From a virus, in IMG/VR virus record IMGVR_UViG_3300010392_000295: a stretch of DNA of 37,804 bases, one strand, 5' to 3'. Every line of letters begins with the position of its first letter. Position 1 is the stretch's first letter. The position numbers and the translations under genes were made by a program. This document shows positions 16,045-25,515 of the stretch, one piece after another. Under the pieces are notes generated by a model. That model was not told the origin of the DNA. It saw nothing but the letters and a program-made list of their open reading frames with translations, and made no database searches.

Positions 16045-16811
16045 TGATTATAACTTATACTAACGTGTTAAAAGGTGTGATTCCAAGCGTTGTTGTTGGG
16101 GCTGGAACTGACTTGCCGCAGAACTTAACTAACGATGACTTTAGCACCACATATGAAGCATCATCGCCAAACTCTATGCAAGTCAGCTTTGGTTCAACTG
16201 GTACTATAAATTATTTTGCCTGTGCCGGAATTGAATTAGCATCACCAGATACCACCAATGCTTTTATTAGAGTATTCGATGGGCCAGAATCAAGCGCCAA
16301 TCTTGTTGCTAGTGTAGAATTTAATCGAAATAGGCCTGTTGTTGTAACATTTGAGGCTCGTTCGTTTACTGACTTGCGAGTCAAATTTGAATCACGCATA
16401 GGTAATCCGCTAGTAACATATTGCGCGGCTGGCATGTCGTTTGAAGTGCCTAACAACGGTGAAAACGCTGGGTATTCACGTGCGCCATATCGTCGCGGAG
16501 TGAAGCAGAGAACAACAGTTAACAGCATTGCAGCCCCAATAAGCACACTATCAAAAGCTGTACCACTAAAAGGCTCGTTATCACTTTCAAATATGAAAAA
16601 CGACTTTACATTTGGCGTATGGCAAGATTTCTTAGATTTTGCTGCTGCTGGAAATTATTGGTTTGTGCAAGAGCGAGCATCAGAAAGCGACTTAAGCAAT
16701 AATTCCGCTTATATGTGTTACAATCTCAAAGGCAATGATGTTAAAGCTCACCCGCAAACGCGCACATTGAACAATATTAATGCTACTTGGGATGTATTCA
16801 ACGGTTTATGA
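16044..16811 (+). CDS. distal tail protein-like minor tail protein (by position)
   Basis: 255 aa, TAATG-coupled to the tape measure gene. Confidence 0.5.
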   Translation: MIITYTNVLKGVIPSVVVGAGTDLPQNLTNDDFSTTYEASSPNSMQVSFGSTGTINYFACAGIELASPDTTNAFIRVFDGPESSANLVASVEFNRNRPVVVTFEARSFTDLRVKFESRIGNPLVTYCAAGMSFEVPNNGENAGYSRAPYRRGVKQRTTVNSIAAPISTLSKAVPLKGSLSLSNMKNDFTFGVWQDFLDFAAAGNYWFVQERASESDLSNNSAYMCYNLKGNDVKAHPQTRTLNNINATWDVFNGL

Positions 16812-19129
16812 CAGCTAAACGACACTATACAATTGTAGAATTGCAGCTACCAAAATCAAATAGCGGCTTTGGCACTCCAAAAAGCGGCAATGGAACAGCG
16901 TCCGGCACAAATGTTTACATGTTTACAAGCTACAATAAACCGCTACGCAAAAGTTTTATTGAGAGTATTAGTGACACAGGGCAAATTCCGATTGGCGGAG
17001 TTAAAAAATGCTTGCTAAATGTAAGCGAAAATACAACAAAATTACAACCAGAAGTCGGACTTGCTATTCGCGGCTCTGGTTCAGTTCAGTTAGCTGACTC
17101 TGTTAACTTTGGCGATCCAAATCCGTTTGCTCCTGATGTAGATGAGGAAGTATCGGCGCAAGGCACTTTCCTACAAAAGCTAAAAGCAAGAAATTACTTT
17201 GCGAATAATCCTGTTAAAATACATAACTTTTGCGAGATTGATGGTCATTATGAAACGCGACACTATTTAACCGATGGTTTCAACAGTGACGGCAAAGGCA
17301 AGTGGACTTTAAAGCTAAAAAGCGAGCTAAGCCGTGTTGACATTGGTGAAGCAGTTTGGCCGAAAGAAGAATACGGATATTTGCGCCAAGACATCGACGA
17401 AACAACCACAACTTTATTGGTTGATCCTGATTTAAATTATTCAATTAACGATGTAATCCGCATCGGTGATGAGCTTTTAAAGATTACAAATACATCGAAT
17501 ATCGGGACTGGCACAGCTGAAATTACAGTGCAGAGCAGAGGCTCAGCAATTCAGTTTTCTGGTGATACATACTCAAGAACAAGAGCTGAAAGCCATGGAG
17601 GCGGCGACCAGATATTTAAATGTTATGTAGCGAAAAACCAACACATAGGCGATTTACTTTACAATGTGCTTTCAGATGTTGGCATTCCTACTTCAAGGCT
17701 ACCACTTTTAGAGTGGAAGGCTGAGATAGACACTTGGCTTGCTGGTGTAACTGTAAAAACAATATTTTACGAAAGCATGAGCGTTGACGCTGCTTTAAAA
17801 ATGTTTTTAGAGCCTTACATGCTTAACACTTGGTATGATGAGGTTGAAAGAAAAGTTAAAGTTTCTGCTGTTAACGTTTGGAAAGAATCGGACGTTGTTT
17901 TGACAGAAGGAAACGAGATTGACTTTGAAAGCATCAAGGTAAAAGACGAAGAAAGCCTTAGAAATACGCGCTCTGTAATTGTTTACAACAAGGATTACTT
18001 AACAGATCCAGAAGAAATACCAAGCTACAAAAACGCATCAACATTTATAAAGCCAGAACTTGAGCTTGAATCAGCCTTTGGTGAGTCAAAAATAAAAGAT
18101 TTTGGCTTTAATTACATCATAAGTAATACAGCGGCCGACCTGCTTGTTAATAGAACAACTAACAGATTTTCAGACCCGCGCAGATTTACGTGGAAAACGC
18201 AGGAAGTTAAGCTTAACTACAAGGTCGGTGACGTGGCAACAATAAACACAGAATCAATTGTTGATTTTAACGGATTGCCAAGCACCATTTCTCGCGCTCA
18301 AATATTACAGATTAAACCAAAATATTCCGATTTCGGCAGGGAATATCAAGTTGAGGCGCTTAGCTATGAACCATCATTTGCAGACAATACTGAAATAGTT
18401 ATCTCTGGCTCAGTGTCGAATATAAACCTTTACACTCAGTATGCTGGAGCGCCTGCCGGAGCTGTAACGATTACATTTATATTTGATAACGTCAAAGCAT
18501 CAAGTAACACAACATCGACACCATCTATTGTTGCTGGTAATTTTGCCGCAGGCTCTAAGATAATTATAATAATGGCTAACGGTAGTGAGTTAATGTCGAA
18601 GGGTGGTAATGGTGCTCAGGGCGAAAAAGCTAGCTATGACTATGAGTTTAACAACTGGCGCTTGACTCCAGTGTTACCAGGCGAAAATGGCGGCACTGTT
18701 TATGATGCTCAAGGAGTTGACACAGATATTTACTTTAGTGGTACAACACCAAGCGCAGCCTACCCAACAGCTAACGGTTATATTATTGCTCCAAGCGGCG
18801 GCGATGGCGGATTTAAAAACACAATACCAGATTTAACAAGCGATTCGCTAGATGGTGTTATTGCTGCTGATGGTGGTGATGGTGGTGATGGTAGCTCTCC
18901 TGGTGTTGGCGGTGCAAATGGTCAGGCAATATCGCAGCAGGGCGGAAAAATTGGCTCTAACGGTAAAACCGGAACAAGTGATAGATTATCTGGTAGCTTT
19001 GGGCAAAATGGTAAAGATAATGATTCCCAAGGCGGTATAGCTGGTAAGGGTGTCATTGATAACGGAGCTACAGTCCAATTCTTTGGCTCTAACTCGATTA
19101 GATATATAAACGGTACAGGAGATCATTAA
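16808..19129 (+). CDS. tail tip / host-specificity-type protein with a glycine-rich C-terminus
   Basis: About 773 aa starting from the ATG at 16808 (ATGA overlap). The C-terminal part is Gly-rich: SGGDGGFKN...ADGGDGGDGSSPGVGGANGQ...GKIGSNGKTG. Confidence 0.6.
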   Translation: MTAKRHYTIVELQLPKSNSGFGTPKSGNGTASGTNVYMFTSYNKPLRKSFIESISDTGQIPIGGVKKCLLNVSENTTKLQPEVGLAIRGSGSVQLADSVNFGDPNPFAPDVDEEVSAQGTFLQKLKARNYFANNPVKIHNFCEIDGHYETRHYLTDGFNSDGKGKWTLKLKSELSRVDIGEAVWPKEEYGYLRQDIDETTTTLLVDPDLNYSINDVIRIGDELLKITNTSNIGTGTAEITVQSRGSAIQFSGDTYSRTRAESHGGGDQIFKCYVAKNQHIGDLLYNVLSDVGIPTSRLPLLEWKAEIDTWLAGVTVKTIFYESMSVDAALKMFLEPYMLNTWYDEVERKVKVSAVNVWKESDVVLTEGNEIDFESIKVKDEESLRNTRSVIVYNKDYLTDPEEIPSYKNASTFIKPELELESAFGESKIKDFGFNYIISNTAADLLVNRTTNRFSDPRRFTWKTQEVKLNYKVGDVATINTESIVDFNGLPSTISRAQILQIKPKYSDFGREYQVEALSYEPSFADNTEIVISGSVSNINLYTQYAGAPAGAVTITFIFDNVKASSNTTSTPSIVAGNFAAGSKIIIIMANGSELMSKGGNGAQGEKASYDYEFNNWRLTPVLPGENGGTVYDAQGVDTDIYFSGTTPSAAYPTANGYIIAPSGGDGGFKNTIPDLTSDSLDGVIAADGGDGGDGSSPGVGGANGQAISQQGGKIGSNGKTGTSDRLSGSFGQNGKDNDSQGGIAGKGVIDNGATVQFFGSNSIRYINGTGDH

Positions 19130-19488
19130 TGTGCGTACCTACTGATTCACCCTGCATGATTGGCGGTTGCGAATGGTACTATGATTTGCAGCTACTAGAC
19201 GCAGATGAGAATCCTGTCGATTTATTCGGCTCAACAGTGGCTTTAACATTGAGGCCGGTAAAATTCCCAGAGGGAGCTGGAATCCTAGATGGTTATCCTG
19301 TTGACTTGAGATTCCCTCCAGATTCGCAGGGTAATATACCGTTTTACTTGACTAAAACAACAAGCGGCTTAATGACTCCGATTGACGGCGATTACACCTA
19401 TGAAGGTGATGTTATTGTCACTTACTCTGATGGCACTTGCGAAGTTATACTAAATGTAAATTTAACAGCCAGAAAGGTTAAAGACTGA
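19129..19488 (+). CDS. hypothetical tail-associated protein
   Basis: 119 aa, translationally coupled on both sides (TAATG, TGATG) within the tail tip block. Confidence 0.5.
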   Translation: MCVPTDSPCMIGGCEWYYDLQLLDADENPVDLFGSTVALTLRPVKFPEGAGILDGYPVDLRFPPDSQGNIPFYLTKTTSGLMTPIDGDYTYEGDVIVTYSDGTCEVILNVNLTARKVKD

Positions 19489-21158
19489 TGCGGATTGTTA
19501 ACAAATTAATAGGCAGGCTTGGCACTGATGGTGCTAATGGTTTAAGCGGTGTTAGTGTTAGTGATTTTGATTATTTACAAATGACATCACCAATGAGCGC
19601 GCATTTTTTGCCAAATAAGCTTGCTAAATACGTAGATAAAGCCGTTAACTGGAGCAGGGCGCGACCTGCAACTGATACTGATAGATACGGAAATCTGTAC
19701 GCTGTAGGCGGCGACTCAATTGACAACAGATTGATTTATTCCGAAGATTTTAGCCAATGGCAAGACCCAACATTGGCATGGAGTATATTTGCAACTGGAA
19801 TATCTGACCCTCTTGGCGGTTCAAACGCAACAAGAATTAATATAGACCAAGATGTTGGCTCGATTTTCATGGGCCTACCCTACAACGTACCAGTACCTGG
19901 AAGTTACAACGGCTCATTTTGGATTAGAGAAAGCTCAGGAACAGTCACAGAGATTTCAATTCAAAAAGATGGAAGCTCGCCGATACAAGTAATACCAGTT
20001 ACAGTGACAACAAGCTGGCAACGCGTAAGCTTGCCTTATGTTGAGGATTTTGGCGGCACTTTTTACATAAATGTACGCGGCGCTCCAGGAACTAAATTTG
20101 ATATTTTTGGCGCACAGGTAAATACTGGCTCAGCGACAACTGATTATATCTCGACATCTGGCACAGTTGGCAGCGCAGCAAACCCTGATCAATTTTACCG
20201 GGCAAATGAGCTTGGTTACTTAATAGAGCTAGAAAAAGAAAACTTTTCGCCATGGAGTGAGGATTTATCACAATCAACATGGGCCATTGCTGATGCTGAT
20301 TTAGTTGCTTATACCGGAGCTGATCCGCTAGGCAATATAAACCAAAACATACAACTTAATACTACTGGGCAAAATCCAGTAATTAAAAATGACGTTGCTG
20401 TGACTCAAGGTCAAATATATACAGTTTCATTTTTTGCAAAACTATTGAGCGGAAATGTAGAGTCGATTAACGCTACATGCGGAGGTTCTGCAAGTGTTGA
20501 GGTTGAAGGAGTTATAACATCTGAATGGCAACGATTTAGCGCAGAAATTGAGGCTGGCGCAGCTCAAGAGCTTAGCATAATATTTTCTAACAATAATAAC
20601 TCATCGTTTTTGGTTTTTGGTGTTCAATGCGAATTAGGCTCGCTATCTAGCTATATACCAACAGCGCTAACACCAGTAACTCGTGATGCGGATATTGTCT
20701 CAATAGATGTGTTGAATAACATGCAAAGCTTATCAAATAAAGGCTCTGTTATTATGTCTTTCGGTGGCAACTTAGCAACTGCTAGCGGCACAATATTAAC
20801 AAACGGATTAACTGGAGCTAGTGAATTTACAGTCTCTGTATCTGATGGAAGTCTTTTTGTTAAAGTTGGAGAAACAACACGCGACGCTATTATTGATGGT
20901 GATTTTTTATCTCTTTCGTGGTCGGTTTCTGAATTTACAGGCTCTTTGACTGTAACTTACTTTCCACGCACTGAAAGCTCATCTCTTAACTTCGCATCAT
21001 CAATAGACACTATTAATGATACAATCTACATAGGCAGTAATAACGGCTCTGATAATCTTAGCGTTAGAGTTAAAAACTTTTATTTTTACCCATCCGAAAC
21101 ATTTATAAATTCGGTTAGAGCATTTATAGGATCTGATTATGACAACGCAAATAGCTAG
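19488..21158 (+). CDS. tail fibre / receptor-binding protein with two CBM-like jelly-roll modules
   Basis: Two internal modules share a pattern: IYSEDFSQWQDP...DPLGGSNATRI...TSWQRVSL and ENFSPWSEDLSQSTW...DPLGNINQNIQ...TSEWQRFSA. Confidence 0.6.
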   Translation: MRIVNKLIGRLGTDGANGLSGVSVSDFDYLQMTSPMSAHFLPNKLAKYVDKAVNWSRARPATDTDRYGNLYAVGGDSIDNRLIYSEDFSQWQDPTLAWSIFATGISDPLGGSNATRINIDQDVGSIFMGLPYNVPVPGSYNGSFWIRESSGTVTEISIQKDGSSPIQVIPVTVTTSWQRVSLPYVEDFGGTFYINVRGAPGTKFDIFGAQVNTGSATTDYISTSGTVGSAANPDQFYRANELGYLIELEKENFSPWSEDLSQSTWAIADADLVAYTGADPLGNINQNIQLNTTGQNPVIKNDVAVTQGQIYTVSFFAKLLSGNVESINATCGGSASVEVEGVITSEWQRFSAEIEAGAAQELSIIFSNNNNSSFLVFGVQCELGSLSSYIPTALTPVTRDADIVSIDVLNNMQSLSNKGSVIMSFGGNLATASGTILTNGLTGASEFTVSVSDGSLFVKVGETTRDAIIDGDFLSLSWSVSEFTGSLTVTYFPRTESSSLNFASSIDTINDTIYIGSNNGSDNLSVRVKNFYFYPSETFINSVRAFIGSDYDNANS

Positions 21159-22446
21159 CGCATCCGGCAATCCGATTGAAGTCAAAGTAAAGTATGTTGG
21201 CGGACGCGGAGAACCAGGTCAAGACGGCACTAACGGAAGTGGCCTAAACGACATTAGGTTTGTTGATATAATCAACCCAATGCTTTCTATTTTCAAAAAA
21301 ACTCAAATCGCTGATGTTGTCGCGCCTAGTAATAGTAATTCTGATGTTGTCTGCGTTAGAGCCACAACAAAATCTTATATTGATTTGTATGGCATATTGC
21401 GCGCAGCGGCAGTGAATGAAATTGCAATTGAGAAAGATGGCGCATTGATAGAAATGGCTTCAACCAATAAGTGTCTGTATAGCGAGCAATACGATAACGC
21501 TGCTTGGAGTAAGTCGGGCGTGACGGTAACAGCAAATAGTACGACAGCGCCCGACTTAACAACAAATGCTGACGCTCTGGCTTTTGGGGCTAGCGCAACA
21601 ATAGATCAGGCAATATCAATTACAGGATCTGGCCAAAACATAACATACAGCGTTTTTGTTAAAGACAGCGGCATTGGCTCATTTACAATGCGCTGGATTA
21701 CAACAGGCGGAACAACGCAAGATTACTCAAATGTTTTTGATTTTTCGCTTGGTGATTTTAGCTCAGTAGATCCAAACTGCACAACAGAGGTTATACCGCT
21801 AAGCAATGATTGGTATCGCATATGTGTAACAGCAACTGAAAATGGAAGCGGAAGTACTGCCTTTAGGCCAAGATTCTTTTCGCTTGCAGGCGGTAACATG
21901 TATTCGTTCGGCTCGCAAGTCGAAGAACAAAAATCATGCACTAGCTACATCAAAACAACGACAACATCTGTAACTCGTAACGCTGACAATATTGAAGTTC
22001 AGTTTTACAACAATGTAACTTTTAACGGTGAATGGACGTTCTTTGCTAACGTAAAGCTTTATGATAGAGCTTCAAACGCTGCAATATGGGGTGTCGAGCC
22101 TATACCAGCCGCAAACAACCCAAGATTACTTGTAACATCAACAGGCTCGCTTCTTTTGGTTGATTCGACAGGTACAACAAAGACAATCGCAAGTGCTGGA
22201 GTAATACCAAACAATGAAGTTGTCAGAATTGCAGTTAGATCTACAATAGGTGGAAATATTGATGCAGTTATTAATGGTGTGCCACAGCTAGCGCCACAAG
22301 TAGCAGATATAAACAATATATCTACAGGGAACATGAAGATAGGCGAAACAGGACTTGCTGCTGAGCAAAAACGGGTAAACATTGACAACTTCACATGGTA
22401 CGATAAACTTTTAACAGATGTTGAAATTGAATACTTATCAAATTAA
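21139..22446 (+). CDS. tail fibre protein (short collagen-like stretch, CBM-like module, LamG-like C-terminus)
   Basis: It contains GGRGEPGQDGTNGSG, then the module LYSEQYDNAAWSKSGVTV...APDLTTNADAL...YSVFVK...DWYRICV, and ends ...NIDNFTWYDKLLTDVEIEYLSN, as LamG-type domains do. Confidence 0.6.
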   Translation: MTTQIASASGNPIEVKVKYVGGRGEPGQDGTNGSGLNDIRFVDIINPMLSIFKKTQIADVVAPSNSNSDVVCVRATTKSYIDLYGILRAAAVNEIAIEKDGALIEMASTNKCLYSEQYDNAAWSKSGVTVTANSTTAPDLTTNADALAFGASATIDQAISITGSGQNITYSVFVKDSGIGSFTMRWITTGGTTQDYSNVFDFSLGDFSSVDPNCTTEVIPLSNDWYRICVTATENGSGSTAFRPRFFSLAGGNMYSFGSQVEEQKSCTSYIKTTTTSVTRNADNIEVQFYNNVTFNGEWTFFANVKLYDRASNAAIWGVEPIPAANNPRLLVTSTGSLLLVDSTGTTKTIASAGVIPNNEVVRIAVRSTIGGNIDAVINGVPQLAPQVADINNISTGNMKIGETGLAAEQKRVNIDNFTWYDKLLTDVEIEYLSN

Positions 22447-22467
22447 CTGCCACAGGAGCATTTAAAA

Positions 22468-23451
22468 ATGAAATATATACTGCCATTATTATTTATATCA
22501 TTTATGAGTATAGCTGACACTTACGAGCGTTTTGACTTGCCGTTTAAGGTTCAGCATTCTATGTCTAAAAGCATTCCAGTCAAAGCTGAGATTGGCTCAC
22601 AACTTAATTTTAAGCTCGACGGCGTTGATTACAGTGACTTATCAATAAGCTTTAGCCATGGATTCCATGTTAATACAATTCGAGAAATAATCACCGTTGA
22701 ATTTGATAAAGAGGCAAGTATTAACGAGCCTTTTTACATCACATTTACTGGGCACATTACTGGTGACGTAACTTACAGCGCAATCAGCTTGACCGTTGAT
22801 GAAATTGCTTTTGAATTCCTAGACTCAAGTCTTGAAATCAAAGGTGTTGATACTATCAGTGCCAGCGCATCGAATGGATATTTGGAAATTAACTCTAAAG
22901 CCGATTACTTTTCTAAAGACGAAAAAACGCTAGATTTTACAATTAGTGACCGCTCAAATCAGGTTAGATACGGTAATTATAACGACACATATTTTATGTC
23001 AAAGCTTAGTGATGATTTCAATTACAAATCACAACTATTAAAAGTAACTGTAAACGGTGTTCAAGTTCCAATCGAAAATGATGTTATTTATGACAACTCA
23101 AAAGATTACAAAAAATACAGCATTGATTATGTTTATCATATAAATAGTTCGGAATGGAGAAGTGTTTTCAAGATAAACAACGAGCTAAATGCTGCGGCTT
23201 ATTTAAAAGTTGAAGTTAAGTTAACTCCTATAGCTAGCGGTAATCATCAGTATGAAATCTATGAGTTTGATTATATTCAAATGATGCCAAGCAGCGCTTT
23301 AAACGTTACATTGAGCGATATATTAAACGAAGGTCAAATTGACACTACAAAAGATTATCATGCAAAGATTATCTTTTATTCACAAACTGACATTAGTATA
23401 GCAAGCCAAAACGTATCGCCAAGCGGTAGGACAGTTAATATTGTTAAATGA
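22468..23451 (+). CDS. secreted hypothetical protein with an N-terminal signal peptide
   Basis: MKYILPLLFISFMSIADTYERF is a signal-peptide-like N-terminus. RBS aggag lies upstream. It is the last gene before the convergent terminator. Confidence 0.6.
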   Translation: MKYILPLLFISFMSIADTYERFDLPFKVQHSMSKSIPVKAEIGSQLNFKLDGVDYSDLSISFSHGFHVNTIREIITVEFDKEASINEPFYITFTGHITGDVTYSAISLTVDEIAFEFLDSSLEIKGVDTISASASNGYLEINSKADYFSKDEKTLDFTISDRSNQVRYGNYNDTYFMSKLSDDFNYKSQLLKVTVNGVQVPIENDVIYDNSKDYKKYSIDYVYHINSSEWRSVFKINNELNAAAYLKVEVKLTPIASGNHQYEIYEFDYIQMMPSSALNVTLSDILNEGQIDTTKDYHAKIIFYSQTDISIASQNVSPSGRTVNIVK

Positions 23452-23454
23452 AAA

Positions 23455-23472
23455 AAGGGGCTTTCGCCCCTT
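23455..23472. terminator. bidirectional terminator hairpin between convergent operons
   Basis: aaggggc, loop tttc, gcccctt. An A6 run upstream supplies a T-run for the minus-strand transcript. Confidence 0.8.
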
Positions 23473-23506
23473 GGTTGGTATACCGCATCCATGCTATTTT
23501 AAACTG

Positions 23507-24490
23507 TTAAAAATTAGAGTTTACAAAAAGTATGTCACCAGCTGCAATAGCATTGCAAATTAAAATAGCTTGCTCTTTTGTTACGCCTGCAACATCAACC
23601 ATTTTCTTTGCAGCCTCATTGCGGTTTTTAGTGCGAGTTTGACGGGCTTTTTGTTCAGCCTCCATCTTTTCTTTCGCAATGCGCTCAGCTTCCTCCTTTG
23701 CTTTTTGCTCCACTTCAATTCGCTCGCGCTCTTGCTTTTCAGCTAGCGCCTTCATTTCTTCTGCGTGCTTTTCTTCTGCTTCTTTACGCTCGATTTCTCG
23801 CTGCTTTTCAAGCTCAAGCATTTCAATTCTTCTTTTTTCTTGCGCAGCTTCAAATTCAGCCTTTTCTTTTGCTTCTTGAATTTCGCGCTGCTGGCGCTCT
23901 ATTTCGCGCTGCTTAGCTTCCATTTCTTCTTGCTGCTTTTTCATTTGCTCAAATTGAATCTTCTGAGTTAATGACGATGACAGCTGAGATATTGTAACGT
24001 TAAGCTTGTCGATATAGCTATCCAATCGCGCACCAAAGAAGTCAGGGCAAACATCGGCGTCTTGAAGGGAGTCGATAACACCTTGAATTGAATCTGAGTT
24101 AACATCAGGGTTTGCGCTATAAATCAAATACTGATCAAGTTCGTCAAATTTATTTTGAACAGCTTGTGCTGCTTCTTCTTTTTTTCGCTTGATTTCTGCA
24201 TCGTGGCTTTTGTATGCGTCTTTGTGAGGCTTTTCAACTGCCTCAATTAAAGTTAAAAGCTCTTTCTTTTTGCCGTCCAGAAACTTGCAAGCATCCCAAA
24301 AAGGTTGTTTTATTTCCTTGTGCGCAGACTCCAAAGCTTTGCGCATTGGCATTGTATTATCAAGGACAAAGCGCTTTGATGCGTTATATCCTTCTTTTGT
24401 TGACATATCCGGTATGAAGTTGCCAAGTTCTGCAACATCATTAACATCAGACATTACCTTATCAAATTTTGCTAAATCGTAGTTTTCCAT
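23507..24490 (-). CDS. E/K-rich coiled-coil protein, possibly DUF1351-like recombination-associated
   Basis: 327 aa, downstream of the annealase in the same operon. The central region is rich in E, K, Q and R. The family assignment is tentative. Confidence 0.4.
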   Translation of the reverse strand: MENYDLAKFDKVMSDVNDVAELGNFIPDMSTKEGYNASKRFVLDNTMPMRKALESAHKEIKQPFWDACKFLDGKKKELLTLIEAVEKPHKDAYKSHDAEIKRKKEEAAQAVQNKFDELDQYLIYSANPDVNSDSIQGVIDSLQDADVCPDFFGARLDSYIDKLNVTISQLSSSLTQKIQFEQMKKQQEEMEAKQREIERQQREIQEAKEKAEFEAAQEKRRIEMLELEKQREIERKEAEEKHAEEMKALAEKQERERIEVEQKAKEEAERIAKEKMEAEQKARQTRTKNRNEAAKKMVDVAGVTKEQAILICNAIAAGDILFVNSNF

Positions 24491-24497
24491 AAATCAC

Positions 24498-25214
24498 CTA
24501 TTTATTGTTTAGTTTATCGATTGTTTCTTGCGCTACAGTATAAAGCTTTTTCTGTAGCTCGCTCTTAGCATCATCGCTAACATTTAGTATTGATAGCTTC
24601 TGCATAAGTCTGTTATCAGTGCTGTTTGTTACGGTTGTAACAACATTCGCATTTGTAAGGCTTGCTATCGCTGAAATTTCTCTATCAAGCCATGATTGAC
24701 ACTCGGTAAGTTTTATATCAATCTCTTTCTGTTTATTTTCTGAATGTTCAATTTGAGATTCCATGTGACGAATATTTTTATAGTCATGATCATCAAAAAG
24801 ACCCATAAACACGTCAGCATTAAACCCTAGTTCAGAAAGCGCTTTGCTTACTGCTGATGTTCTTACTTTTTTATCAGCCTCATCATCAATCTTTAAATAT
24901 CCTTTACCACCCTTAGTTATATAACAAAGCGTTTCTGTTGCACCCATTGGTATCTCACCTCGCTCACCATTGTATACATAGAAAAGCACAGCTTTATATA
25001 TTAAAAGCGTTGTTGTACCGATTTCCTTGTATTCAAACGTTTCGCTACCTGGAACTGTTCCCCAACCTTGGCCGCGAGGGCCAAAAACATCAGTAGCCTT
25101 CATTTGCTGATATGTTGGTATAATGCTTGTAAAAGTACGACCGTTAACAGTTGCTGGCTTAGTGTATTTAGTATCGGTCTTTTCGACCTTTTTCCATAAA
25201 TCTAAATTACTCAT
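24498..25214 (-). CDS. single-strand annealing protein (Rad52/Sak-like)
   Basis: The motif ...DDEADKKVRTSAVSKALSELGFNADVFMGLFDDHDY resembles the conserved Rad52-type annealase motif. The gene sits in an early operon. Confidence 0.6.
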   Translation of the reverse strand: MSNLDLWKKVEKTDTKYTKPATVNGRTFTSIIPTYQQMKATDVFGPRGQGWGTVPGSETFEYKEIGTTTLLIYKAVLFYVYNGERGEIPMGATETLCYITKGGKGYLKIDDEADKKVRTSAVSKALSELGFNADVFMGLFDDHDYKNIRHMESQIEHSENKQKEIDIKLTECQSWLDREISAIASLTNANVVTTVTNSTDNRLMQKLSILNVSDDAKSELQKKLYTVAQETIDKLNNK

Positions 25215-25217
25215 AAA

Positions 25218-25424
25218 TCACCCGTTAATTGTATATTTCAATTCTTTACCAAATGCCCTAAATATTTCCGCGATAACAACACAGCTAACACCGCGACCTT
25301 GATAATAGCTATTTACTGTTGTTGGGTTAAACTTGACGCCCTTAGCGCATAAAAACTTATGCAACTGCACAGCGCTAGTAATACCGTTTAATTCGCATTG
25401 CTCTCTTAATAATTCTAAATACAT
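25218..25424 (-). CDS. small HTH DNA-binding regulator (68 aa)
   Basis: It is the first gene of the leftward operon, next to divergent promoters. NGITSAVQLHKFLCAKGVKFNPTTVNSYYQG looks HTH-like. Confidence 0.55.
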   Translation of the reverse strand: MYLELLREQCELNGITSAVQLHKFLCAKGVKFNPTTVNSYYQGRGVSCVVIAEIFRAFGKELKYTING

Positions 25425-25450
25425 ATAAACCTCGCTTGTTTGTGTTGCTA

Positions 25451-25479
25451 AATTTAGTACTTATAAAAACCAGTGTCAA
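25451..25479 (-). promoter_or_regulatory. leftward early promoter
   Basis: On the minus strand: TTGACA, 17 nt, TAAATT. Confidence 0.6.
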
Positions 25480-25487
25480 CCACTTTT

Positions 25488-25514
25488 TTAATAAATTAAT
25501 TATTTAATAAATTA
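25488..25514. promoter_or_regulatory. two direct 11-bp repeats, ttaataaatta (operator candidates)
   Basis: Copies at 25488..25498 and 25504..25514, lying between the divergent -35 boxes. Confidence 0.45.
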
Positions 25515-25515
25515 G

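Noticed and set aside
18852-19040. 62-aa same-strand alternative-frame ORF (MVLLLLMVVMVVMV...) in the tail tip gene
   Set aside because: It is an artefact of the GGT/GAT-rich glycine-repeat DNA read out of frame.
19488-22446. Diversity-generating retroelement targeting the fibre genes
   Set aside because: No reverse transcriptase ORF exists anywhere in the window. The three similar modules differ at the protein level throughout, rather than showing a near-identical template/variable DNA pair with adenine-specific differences.
23679-23971. Three plus-strand ORFs (66 to 72 aa) opposite the EK-rich gene
   Set aside because: They are generated by the purine-rich repeat on the other strand. They have S/F/L-rich low-complexity products and no RBS.
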